Sequence record: LT603033.1
DNA: 64,000 nucleotides
Reading direction: 5' to 3' (one strand)
Position 1 is the first letter of the stretch. Each line of letters opens with the position of its first letter. The position numbers and the translations under genes are program-made. The notes under the pieces were generated by a model. The model saw only the letters and a list, made by a program, of their open reading frames with translations, was not told the origin of the DNA and did not search any database. Below, in pieces: positions 41,343 through 49,787 of the stretch.

Positions 41343-42896
41343 ATGAAATCTATGGAGAGAAATCAAATGCCAAGTAATTTTACTGATAAAAATGGTGGTA
41401 ACATGGCTGGTCACTCTGATAAATGGAGTGAACGCAACCGCCGTCCAAATAGTTATCAAGCAGGTCAAGGTTCACGTGGGTCACGTAATCAAGGAACTGG
41501 TCTAGCTGGTAAAGCAAACGCAGAAGCAGGTGAAGTTAAGAGTACTGAGAACATGACTGAGCTAGAAAAGCTACGTTATGTTAATTCATTGGGACTTCTT
41601 AATGCTACACAAAAACAACGCCTAGCTGATATGGAACGTGAAGAAAAAGAAAAGTCTTCTCCTGCGAAAGAAGAACCAAAACAAGAAGCACCGAAGGCGG
41701 TTAACCCTGTCAAAGAATTGTCTGATAAGTTAGGTAAGATTTTTGCTAATAAACCACAACTTATCCAAGGTATTGTGAAAGAATTGCAATCTGTACCTAA
41801 AGAAGAATTAAAAGTCAAAGCACAAGCTGTACTTGATGCAATGAGTGGAAATACCAGTACTGAACCAACTGAAGTATTCAGTACTATAATGCGTGCACTT
41901 GAAGGTAAACCACAGGGTGACGAGACTGCACAAGAGGAAGTAAGTCTTGAAAGCGTACTTAAAACATTTGATAGTATTGGTAAAGAAGACCGTGCTAATG
42001 CTCAACAAGTTAAGAATGTACTAGCTAAGTTAGAAAACCGTCTGGAAGGTAAAGACGATAAGATTAAATTAGTATCTGATGCAGTTAACGATGCACTTAA
42101 ATCTTACGTACAAGGTGAAAAGAGTCGTTTTGTAACTGCAATGGATGCTGCATTCAATACTATGAAAAAGTATGAAGCTGATCATGGTGAGAAGGTTACA
42201 CGAGATGGTTATCTGATGCGTGATGATGAAGAAGGTGCAGTTGACCAGAAAGATGCTGAAACATCTCATGATGATTTACCTGATACTGTTGATATGGATG
42301 GTTACATTCATCGTCCAGAAATGGGAGAGTTTGGTTCTGACAAAGAAGGATTTGAACATGCAATGGCAGTGTACAAAGCTCTCGTGGACAATCCAGATTA
42401 TGCCAACCGATTTGTAGATGAGTTTGATAGTGCATGGAACAACTACAAAGACAAAGGTTATGACTTCCCTGCTGAGGCAGCATTCTTTGAACTTGGTAAA
42501 CTATTAGCTAAACATGGAATTGATGTAGGTTCTAAAGATGGTACTGATACTGATGGCATGGAAGCAGAATTGGCTAAAGATCGTGAAATGAACGACAACT
42601 CCATTCATGAACTCCAAAAGCTAATGATGTGGATATCCGATATTGGTAAAAAAGCTGGTGCTGATAATAAGAGTATCAACAAAAACATTAGTTGGATTAA
42701 AAGTAATGTTGGTAAAAATGCTCGTAAACTACAAAAAGCATGGACTGATTTAGTAAATGGTGCTGATGATGTTGACATTGAATCACCTGAAGCATACGAA
42801 TATGCATTAACTACTCTTGATAATTCCTTTAAAGATTACGATAACGGTAACGTAACTCATTGGGAAAAGGACATCATGAGCAAATACGGTAAATGA
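41343..42896 (+). CDS. putative internal virion (head) protein
   Basis: Acidic helical 517-aa ORF, low-complexity N-terminus, TATAAATA upstream; true start may be 41367. Confidence 0.55.
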   Translation: MKSMERNQMPSNFTDKNGGNMAGHSDKWSERNRRPNSYQAGQGSRGSRNQGTGLAGKANAEAGEVKSTENMTELEKLRYVNSLGLLNATQKQRLADMEREEKEKSSPAKEEPKQEAPKAVNPVKELSDKLGKIFANKPQLIQGIVKELQSVPKEELKVKAQAVLDAMSGNTSTEPTEVFSTIMRALEGKPQGDETAQEEVSLESVLKTFDSIGKEDRANAQQVKNVLAKLENRLEGKDDKIKLVSDAVNDALKSYVQGEKSRFVTAMDAAFNTMKKYEADHGEKVTRDGYLMRDDEEGAVDQKDAETSHDDLPDTVDMDGYIHRPEMGEFGSDKEGFEHAMAVYKALVDNPDYANRFVDEFDSAWNNYKDKGYDFPAEAAFFELGKLLAKHGIDVGSKDGTDTDGMEAELAKDREMNDNSIHELQKLMMWISDIGKKAGADNKSINKNISWIKSNVGKNARKLQKAWTDLVNGADDVDIESPEAYEYALTTLDNSFKDYDNGNVTHWEKDIMSKYGK

Positions 42897-42903
42897 TAAA
42901 ACT

Positions 42904-42938
42904 AAAGGTTGACTTCGGTCAGCCTTTTTTTGTAAATA
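42904..42938 (+). repeat. terminator-promoter hybrid repeat, copy 4
   Basis: AAAGGTTGAC-TTCG-GTCAGCCTTT then TAAATA. Confidence 0.85.
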
Positions 42939-42966
42939 CAAAAGAGGAATTAAGAAGAGGATTACA

Positions 42967-43552
42967 ATGAAAAAATATATTATATTTGGAATTGTATTAT
43001 TTTCCAGTACTGCTTATGGTGCAGATTATCATTGCTCCGTAGCAAGGCAGGATTTCAGAAATGGGGAGTTCTATACTACCTCATACACAAAAGGAATAAT
43101 ACACGACACCGACAGAACTATTGGATTTAATGCGTTTGACAACAAAGATTCATATACTTCAGGTATACTATCTGAGCGTAAGACGGATGTACTCGGAATA
43201 GAAAAAGAGTTTCGGTGATTCCGTGGCAATGTGTAATGACATTGAAAGTACTAAAACAATTTATTATAATAATGAACGTAACTATCGTTTTCATAATTTA
43301 ACCACAAATAAAAGTTTACTATTTTACAATTGTAAAGAAGTAATACTCCCATCAGACAATAGCTGTACTCCAACTAATCAACCCCCAGCACAATGTAATA
43401 CTCCCTCTGAACCTGATAAAAATAAAAAAGACAAAGATAAAGATAAAAAAGAAGACAAAAAACCTTTAAAAGATAAAAAGAAAGATAAAAAACCTAATCC
43501 GTTTAAAAATAATAAACCAGCACAACCCGATATGACGTGTAAAATAAAATAA
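42967..43552 (+). CDS. exported two-Cys protein with K/D-rich tail, apparently frameshifted near 43202-43207
   Basis: Track ORFs 42967..43218 and 43223..43552 fuse by removing one A from the A5 run; fusion restores Cys..Cys pattern. Confidence 0.5.
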
Positions 43553-43561
43553 GGATATATA

Positions 43562-43981
43562 ATGAAAAAGATTTTTTTAAGTATTATTTTAGTACTTTTT
43601 AGTTTTAATGTATATGCAGCAGATGCTAAACAGGTTGCTAATACAGTAAAAGATGTTATAGTAGACAATGCTCCTACCTTAGAGGAAATTGGGGTAAAAA
43701 CTTGTGATATAGTAATATATAATTTAGTTAATGATGAACGAGTTATGTTGAATACGTATGAACAAGTAGTCCCATTGGTTGAATCTGGTGATGCTTTTAG
43801 CTTTACATATAAAGTTAAATTAACAGGAGGGGTTGAAGTTAATCTTGACATTGATACCGCTTCAGTACTAAAAGATAAACTAGGATATGTGTTCAATCGT
43901 ATTCGTGAAGAAGGTCATCTTAAGTATGTTTATGAAAGTAAAATACTAAAACGTGCAATAGTTATAGAAAACTGTAAATGA
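43562..43981 (+). CDS. exported two-Cys protein
   Basis: Signal peptide ending VYA; KTC ... ENC. Confidence 0.7.
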   Translation: MKKIFLSIILVLFSFNVYAADAKQVANTVKDVIVDNAPTLEEIGVKTCDIVIYNLVNDERVMLNTYEQVVPLVESGDAFSFTYKVKLTGGVEVNLDIDTASVLKDKLGYVFNRIREEGHLKYVYESKILKRAIVIENCK

Positions 43982-43985
43982 TAAT

Positions 43986-44022
43986 AAAAGGGTTGACTTC
44001 GGTCAGCCTTTTTTGTTATGAT
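43986..44022 (+). repeat. terminator-promoter hybrid repeat, copy 5
   Basis: AAAAGGGTTGAC-TTCG-GTCAGCCTTTT, TTGACT-N18-TATGAT. Confidence 0.85.
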
Positions 44023-44050
44023 GTTGATATTAACTACAGAGGATAAAGTA

Positions 44051-44692
44051 ATGACTAAGCAAGAAATATTCAAAACTTTAATTGACATTTTGCGTCCATC
44101 AAAAACTCGTTGTGCGATGGAGTTTGATATTCCTTATGCTGAACGCGTAATCTTTCCACAAGTTAAAGCTGCTGGACTTACTTTGCTTGGAATGGGGATG
44201 TACTCTGTAGTAGTTGAACATAAAAACTATCCTGGACGAGCATTTAAAGTAACCACTTCACGCTGGGATGGTTTTCGTGCTTATGCAAAGTACTGCATTG
44301 AAAACGCAGGAACCAAGTTTCTTCCAGTGATCTACAGTGCCAACGAACAAGGAAACTTTGGATGGTATGAGATGGACAAGTACTATCCTATAATTAAACA
44401 AAAAAATAATTATGATGACTTTGTTAGTACTAAAATTGGAGATTTATATTCTTATGCACATGCTGGTCAGTACGCTACTTCAGTGAATGATATGCGTGGA
44501 AATTCTGAAGAGATTGCTATTGCGACGGTCGCTGCTAACATCATGAAAGAGTTTCACGGGCGTTTTGTACCAGACATTCATTCAAGTAATGTAATGATGG
44601 ATAAAGATGGGAATGTATTCATTACTGATCCTCTTTCGTGTGATGTGCGTAGAGAAATACCAATTACTGAAGAAGATCCAGTTTTTTATTGA
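44051..44692 (+). CDS. Ser/Thr protein kinase, T7 gp0.7-like
   Basis: LLGMGMYSVV glycine loop, RAFKV, DIHSSNVM catalytic loop, ITDP. Confidence 0.78.
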   Translation: MTKQEIFKTLIDILRPSKTRCAMEFDIPYAERVIFPQVKAAGLTLLGMGMYSVVVEHKNYPGRAFKVTTSRWDGFRAYAKYCIENAGTKFLPVIYSANEQGNFGWYEMDKYYPIIKQKNNYDDFVSTKIGDLYSYAHAGQYATSVNDMRGNSEEIAIATVAANIMKEFHGRFVPDIHSSNVMMDKDGNVFITDPLSCDVRREIPITEEDPVFY

Positions 44693-44717
44693 CAGAACTG
44701 ATGTTCTGATGTATTCT
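44689..44717 (+). promoter_or_regulatory. sigma70-type promoter
   Basis: TTGACA-N17-TATTCT; inverted repeat CAGAAC/GTTCTG in spacer. Confidence 0.65.
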
Positions 44718-44753
44718 TAATAAACCATAAAAATTGCGGTAAAGGATAAAATC

Positions 44754-45035
44754 ATGCGTTCATTTGAAAACTTAATAGGTAAGCATCTTTTATCTGAAAT
44801 TGATGCAGACGTTAAAGAATTATCCAAATCAAAAAGTTACATTCATTTGGATGAACTATTTGTTAAGTACGGTGAGATTGGTTTTAAGTCATTATTTGTT
44901 TTTACTATGAAAGTACATAGTTTAAAGTACTTCGATTTGAGTGCTAAAGATGGTGAACCGAATCTATATTACATGTATTACCTTAAGAACAAAGATGAAG
45001 CTAATACATTACTCTCTGAATATATATTGGGGTAA
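44754..45035 (+). CDS. hypothetical protein
   Basis: AAGGA RBS. Confidence 0.68.
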   Translation: MRSFENLIGKHLLSEIDADVKELSKSKSYIHLDELFVKYGEIGFKSLFVFTMKVHSLKYFDLSAKDGEPNLYYMYYLKNKDEANTLLSEYILG

Positions 45036-45037
45036 AA

Positions 45038-45376
45038 ATGGAACAATATTTTGAATTAATAAACAAAGTATCATTTTATGTAGTATCTTTGGTTTGGGTG
45101 TATTATATGTTTTGCTACATTATTGCATTCTTCCGATACACTACTTTATATGAACGTATCTACTATGATGCCCCAATTTCATTCTTGATGTTTTGTGCAT
45201 GTACGTGGGGAATATTAGAAGTACTGATATGTGGGTATAGTACTGATGAATTAAATCTGGTATCGGTCTTGACTGGGTTTTCATTTGTTGTTATGATAGC
45301 TGCCGTTCCAGTATGGTTGTTCTTTGGACTAGTTCATCGCATTGATATATGGCGTTCTAATATCCCTGAAAAGTAA
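45038..45376 (+). CDS. small membrane protein family member
   Basis: About 3 TM; ends WRSNIPEK. Confidence 0.72.
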   Translation: MEQYFELINKVSFYVVSLVWVYYMFCYIIAFFRYTTLYERIYYDAPISFLMFCACTWGILEVLICGYSTDELNLVSVLTGFSFVVMIAAVPVWLFFGLVHRIDIWRSNIPEK

Positions 45377-45385
45377 GGATTTGTA

Positions 45386-45727
45386 ATGATTTATTACACT
45401 AACATGTTTGCCTATGCTGTTGCTTGCATTTACATTGTTTACTTCTTATTCGGTGGAGTACTGTGCTTCTTTAAGTACAAAACGTTGTTCAACCGAATGT
45501 ACCCAAATCATCCAATTGTAGTTGTACTTTTGATTCTTTCAGTTTCTCAAATAATCGTTGAAACTACAATGGGTATCAGTAGTGTACATTATAGTTTTGG
45601 TACTATAGTAATTATTACTATGCTTATTGCATACATTTTAGTACTTGGATATGGTATCTTTGGTAATATTGGTATGAAAATGTATCATCGAATTAAAACA
45701 TTACGTGATAATCTACCGGAGCGTTGA
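45386..45727 (+). CDS. small membrane protein family member
   Basis: About 3 TM; ends LRDNLPER. Confidence 0.72.
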   Translation: MIYYTNMFAYAVACIYIVYFLFGGVLCFFKYKTLFNRMYPNHPIVVVLLILSVSQIIVETTMGISSVHYSFGTIVIITMLIAYILVLGYGIFGNIGMKMYHRIKTLRDNLPER

Positions 45728-45728
45728 T

Positions 45729-46073
45729 ATGTATAATTTGAACCTAATCTCATATATTATAACAACACTGTTTACATTCTATGCCTTTGTTGGTATAATC
45801 CTACTGTACTTTAAATTTTATAAAGTGTTTAACCGTTTCTATCCTTCAATGGAGAATGAGTTTTTCTTTGTGTTGTACGTAGGTTACACGTTAATGGCTA
45901 CATGTTTCACTGTAGCCGATGGTGTCATCGGCATTAAAACTGATTCCCCAAATGGTAGTACGCTGGTTGCATTTATTCTTACCGGATTCCTTGCAACTTA
46001 TATTGCCTTCATTACAACATGGTCAGTTGTTGAATTTCTCTTGCGACTACGAAAGAATATGCCGAATAGATAG
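45729..46073 (+). CDS. small membrane protein family member
   Basis: About 3 TM; ends LRKNMPNR. Confidence 0.72.
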   Translation: MYNLNLISYIITTLFTFYAFVGIILLYFKFYKVFNRFYPSMENEFFFVLYVGYTLMATCFTVADGVIGIKTDSPNGSTLVAFILTGFLATYIAFITTWSVVEFLLRLRKNMPNR

Positions 46074-46082
46074 GAGACATAT

Positions 46083-46337
46083 ATGTTTGCGTTGCGTAAT
46101 AAAAACACTAAAGAATTATTATGTATTGATACCGTATGGGATTGTGCGGGGTCAACTACAGTTCTTGAAGAAGGAACTGGATATTGCGTGTTTGTTGTAC
46201 ATGATAGGAATGAACTCGAATTATTACTTGCTGAGTTCAATGCTGGTGGTAATCCTAACAGTACTGAATACCCTGAGATTATCAATCCAGCACCACCAGG
46301 CTCTTATGAAATTCTACAACTGTGGGAGTTGAAGTAA
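46083..46337 (+). CDS. hypothetical protein, paralog of 48199
   Basis: MFALRNK...YPE...GSYEI vs MYALYNK...TPE...GYEI. Confidence 0.7.
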   Translation: MFALRNKNTKELLCIDTVWDCAGSTTVLEEGTGYCVFVVHDRNELELLLAEFNAGGNPNSTEYPEIINPAPPGSYEILQLWELK

Positions 46338-46717
46338 TGCGTCAAATGCACAAAGTAACCGAGCTAAACAAGCGTCTGGTTAAACAATCAATGTTCGAGG
46401 ATAAAGAGTCTTATTATAACTTTAAACGTGCAGTAGAGGCTGCTATCCACATTCAGAAGCTTAAAGAACGTGGTTGTATTATTCTGGAAAATGGTTCGGA
46501 AGTTGTAACGGATGACTTTAGTGTAGCGTTTGATGTTTCACCTGACGGGACGCTATCAATGCCCCGCTTAGGAACTGGAAACATGACTGTTTGGGTTGGC
46601 TTCACTATGGGGAATGTACCTGGTACTGTGTACGTAGATGATGCGGAATTGAAAGACAGTTTCAAAAACTTATCTTATCTTGAACCACAATACGCACATG
46701 AAATGAATTTATTTTGA
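46337..46717 (+). CDS. hypothetical protein
   Basis: Coupled ATG, GGAG RBS. Confidence 0.7.
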   Translation: MRQMHKVTELNKRLVKQSMFEDKESYYNFKRAVEAAIHIQKLKERGCIILENGSEVVTDDFSVAFDVSPDGTLSMPRLGTGNMTVWVGFTMGNVPGTVYVDDAELKDSFKNLSYLEPQYAHEMNLF

Positions 46718-46718
46718 G

Positions 46719-46746
46719 TTGACAAACACATTCAGTACTGTATAAT
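46719..46746 (+). promoter_or_regulatory. sigma70-type promoter with AGTACT in spacer
   Basis: TTGACA-aacacattcagtactg-TATAAT. Confidence 0.8.
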
Positions 46747-46793
46747 GCTTATCAAGGGGATGAACTTCTCATCCCTACAATCGAGGAACTACC

Positions 46794-47348
46794 ATGATTA
46801 CTTTTAAGAAAACTGCTAACCACATCCATGAAATCTACATTAACGGTCACAAAGCTGGCCTTCTTCGTTTACTCGCCCATCATCCTGATGTTACCGTATC
46901 TGATAATGAACCTAAAGATTGGCGTGTATTTTTCTTTGGAAAGTACAGTGATTTTCAAGTATCAAACCTGAAGAACATTCGTTCAGTATGCACGTTAACT
47001 GAAATTAAAGAAAAGTTAGAAAAAGCATTGAAAACTAATCCAGATGGTGTTCTTCCACCTGATAACTTTGTAGAGAAAGGTTATGCATTAGCTCATTTCA
47101 AAGATGGTACTATTCAATCTATCAGTACTGAATATGAATATCAATGGACTGAGTACTTCACTTATGGATCGCGTAATACATTGATGGCTTCACGTAGTAA
47201 ATTGGAAGAAGTACTGACTCGTATGAATGAACGCGAACGTCAATTTTATGACAAACCAGAAATGTGGAGTTCAACTTACATTGACCGTATTGACTATGTT
47301 ATTATGACTCCAATCTTTGACACTGCTTACTATGATTCTTTGAAATAA
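46794..47348 (+). CDS. hypothetical protein
   Basis: GAGGA RBS. Confidence 0.75.
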   Translation: MITFKKTANHIHEIYINGHKAGLLRLLAHHPDVTVSDNEPKDWRVFFFGKYSDFQVSNLKNIRSVCTLTEIKEKLEKALKTNPDGVLPPDNFVEKGYALAHFKDGTIQSISTEYEYQWTEYFTYGSRNTLMASRSKLEEVLTRMNERERQFYDKPEMWSSTYIDRIDYVIMTPIFDTAYYDSLK

Positions 47349-47564
47349 GGATAACTTATATGAAACTACGTACTCGTAATCGACTGATGGATGCACTGTA
47401 CCATGAACAGCTTTCACTGAATGAAGTGAAGCGTCAGTTAATGTACACATATCTGTTACCCGCTCGCATTGCAAAACAACGTGCTAAAGAATTGCTGAAA
47501 GAAGCAATCGAGTACTGGGAATCTGATTCGTACTAATTGTCACGTTAATTAAGTGAGGCGATAA

Positions 47565-47816
47565 ATGAAAATTTTATTAGTTCTAATACTACTAATTGTT
47601 TTACCATTTACGTTAGTATCCCCTGAACTTGCATGGAATGTGTTTGTGTACTTACTATGTACTATTGTAGTAAATGGTATCTTGTTCTTAGTTCTATTCA
47701 TAAATGGAATAGGACACGGTGGAGGATGGACCAGTACTGCTGATATTGTACATAAAACCACTATGTCTTTATTTGTAGTGTGGAATTTATTCTGGACTTG
47801 GTTTGTGTTCTTCTAA
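47565..47816 (+). CDS. small membrane protein
   Basis: Three hydrophobic segments. Confidence 0.68.
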   Translation: MKILLVLILLIVLPFTLVSPELAWNVFVYLLCTIVVNGILFLVLFINGIGHGGGWTSTADIVHKTTMSLFVVWNLFWTWFVFF

Positions 47817-47825
47817 TTAAAAAAT

Positions 47826-48197
47826 ATGAATATAGATTTGAAAGGTGCAACCCGAACTGTTATCCTCATTGGGGAATACGCTATCAAGATTCCAACCTTT
47901 AAAAGTTGGAAGCTATTCTTAACAGGGATGATAGCTAACCTCAATGAACGTTCGTGGATGCAGTACTCCAAGCGTAGTGATACTGGTATCTGTCCTACTT
48001 TGTGGTCATCATGTACTGGACTAGTAACTGTACAGAAACGTTGTAAGCCAGTACAACATAGGGGTTTATTTTGGGTGGAGTTGTGTGCTTTAGCATTGAA
48101 TTCAGAGTTAAGTACTGACTTCTTCTATTCAGATGCGAAGCCAGAAAACTTTGGGTATCTGTGTGGTAAGTTGGTTAAACTTGATTATGGAGATTAA
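47826..48197 (+). CDS. minimal protein-kinase-like protein
   Basis: YAIKIP (beta3 Lys), DAKPENFG catalytic loop, KLDYG. Confidence 0.65.
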   Translation: MNIDLKGATRTVILIGEYAIKIPTFKSWKLFLTGMIANLNERSWMQYSKRSDTGICPTLWSSCTGLVTVQKRCKPVQHRGLFWVELCALALNSELSTDFFYSDAKPENFGYLCGKLVKLDYGD

Positions 48198-48198
48198 T

Positions 48199-48468
48199 AT
48201 GTACGCACTGTATAATAAAGAAAAGAAACGATTTGCTAAGGTTGAAATTTCGATTGATACATTTGATATGTTGGAGTACTGTATTGTAACTGACCTATAT
48301 GCTAACTTGTATTACGTTCTTGATGACGTATCAGTACTGCAACGATTGCTTGAGAATTCCAAAAGTCAATGCCAAGGCATCCATGATGGTTCATCTTATG
48401 AAACACCTGAGTGTTCCTACGGCTATCTGGACGGGTATGAGATTGTGAAGTTGGGGATTGTTGAATAA
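48199..48468 (+). CDS. hypothetical protein, paralog of 46083
   Basis: GGAG RBS; shared pattern. Confidence 0.7.
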   Translation: MYALYNKEKKRFAKVEISIDTFDMLEYCIVTDLYANLYYVLDDVSVLQRLLENSKSQCQGIHDGSSYETPECSYGYLDGYEIVKLGIVE

Positions 48469-48560
48469 ATGGATTAAACAATGAAGAAGTGTATGATTCT
48501 TTGTTCTAATCACCATCGCATGGTACATTCTGGTAGACTATGTTTGATTGAAAGAAAAAA

Positions 48561-48596
48561 AAAGGGTTGACTTCAGTCGGCCCTTTTTGCTATAAT
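48561..48596 (+). repeat. terminator-promoter hybrid repeat, copy 6
   Basis: GGGTTGAC-TTCA-GTCGGCCC, TTGACT-N18-TATAAT. Confidence 0.85.
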
Positions 48597-48624
48597 CATT
48601 TCATCGAAACGAGAGGATGAATAC

Positions 48625-49059
48625 ATGACACGCATTAACTTAGTACACGTTAAAGAACTTGCTGACCAACATCTGATGGCTGAATATCGTGAACTCCCAC
48701 GTGTATTTGGTGCTGTACAAAAACACGTTCAAGCACGTAAGCGTGTACGTGATTTCAAAATTAACAGTACTTATCTGTTAGGTTCAGGTCATGTAACATT
48801 TTTCTACGACAAGTTACTGTACTTACAGAAGCGTCATATTGATATTGTCAACGAATGTCTGCGTCGTGGTATGAAGATTCAAAACACTGAAGTAAACGAC
48901 ATTAGCGGCTTCCCTGCTGAGTTTTGTAATGACTACATACCAACGGAGTCAGAGATTAAAATGTCTCGTGAACGTTTGATTGAGAAGCTCCAGATGAAGC
49001 CTACGTGGTATAAATTTACTGATGTTGAGTTACCTGAGTATTATCGTTCTATGATCTAA
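48625..49059 (+). CDS. denV: pyrimidine dimer DNA glycosylase / endonuclease V
   Basis: [31 protein letters not shown] match T4 endonuclease V. Confidence 0.93.
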   Translation: MTRINLVHVKELADQHLMAEYRELPRVFGAVQKHVQARKRVRDFKINSTYLLGSGHVTFFYDKLLYLQKRHIDIVNECLRRGMKIQNTEVNDISGFPAEFCNDYIPTESEIKMSRERLIEKLQMKPTWYKFTDVELPEYYRSMI

Positions 49060-49122
49060 AAAAAACATTAACACCAGTTTTATCTTTCAGTATCATGTAA
49101 CAAAGAAAATGAGGAATACAAC

Positions 49123-49482
49123 ATGGCATCTTTAAGTGAAATCGCAGAATACAACCCACTAACAATCTCAACAATTCAACGTACAAAAACTTTTTATTTC
49201 CGTCCTGCTGATGGATGGAAACGTGGAATGAATGGTGACTATCGAGTACTGGAAGATTCGCTCATCGAGCGTATCAACTCTGAACTACAGAAGTATGAAG
49301 GTGTTAAAGTTGTGCGTTCAACTTCTCGTTATTTTGAGTACTACATTGAGTCTTCAACTGTAAATGAAAACTCATCATTCTCGGTGGACAACACTGATAT
49401 TCTTCGTAATGCAGTTGGTTTGCTATGCAACATTGCAGAAGAAATGGGATTAACTATCGCCACAATGAGTGAGTTAGAATAA
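49123..49482 (+). CDS. hypothetical protein
   Basis: GAGGA RBS. Confidence 0.72.
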   Translation: MASLSEIAEYNPLTISTIQRTKTFYFRPADGWKRGMNGDYRVLEDSLIERINSELQKYEGVKVVRSTSRYFEYYIESSTVNENSSFSVDNTDILRNAVGLLCNIAEEMGLTIATMSELE

Positions 49483-49485
49483 CAT

Positions 49486-49521
49486 AAAGGGTTGACTTCG
49501 GTCAGCCCTTTTTGCTATAAT
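49486..49521 (+). repeat. terminator-promoter hybrid repeat, copy 7
   Basis: AAAGGGTTGAC-TTCG-GTCAGCCCTTT, TTGACT-N18-TATAAT. Confidence 0.88.
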
Positions 49522-49547
49522 TATTTTATCGAAACGAGAGGTAATAC

Positions 49548-49787
49548 ATGAAACTATCTTTTATACGTTTAGCAGAATTCTTCGGTACTGATATAATTAC
49601 ATTACAACAAATTGCAGACAATACTTCATTAAGTACACAAGAAGTACTTGACTTGGATGTAATTAAGTGTGATAATACTTCCATCGATTACAAAGAAGGT
49701 CTTGTCGAAAAAGATAAGATTCAGGCTAAGATTAATGGTGCTGGACGGGTTCAGTACTGGAAAGGAGTTTTAAGTAATGCCAGCTAA
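49548..49787 (+). CDS. hypothetical protein
   Basis: GAGG RBS. Confidence 0.7.
   Translation: MKLSFIRLAEFFGTDIITLQQIADNTSLSTQEVLDLDVIKCDNTSIDYKEGLVEKDKIQAKINGAGRVQYWKGVLSNAS

Noticed and set aside
43378-43896. 172-aa minus-strand ORF
   Set aside because: Antisense shadow of two well-formed + strand genes; its hydrophobic tail is the reverse complement of the Lys/Asp repeat.
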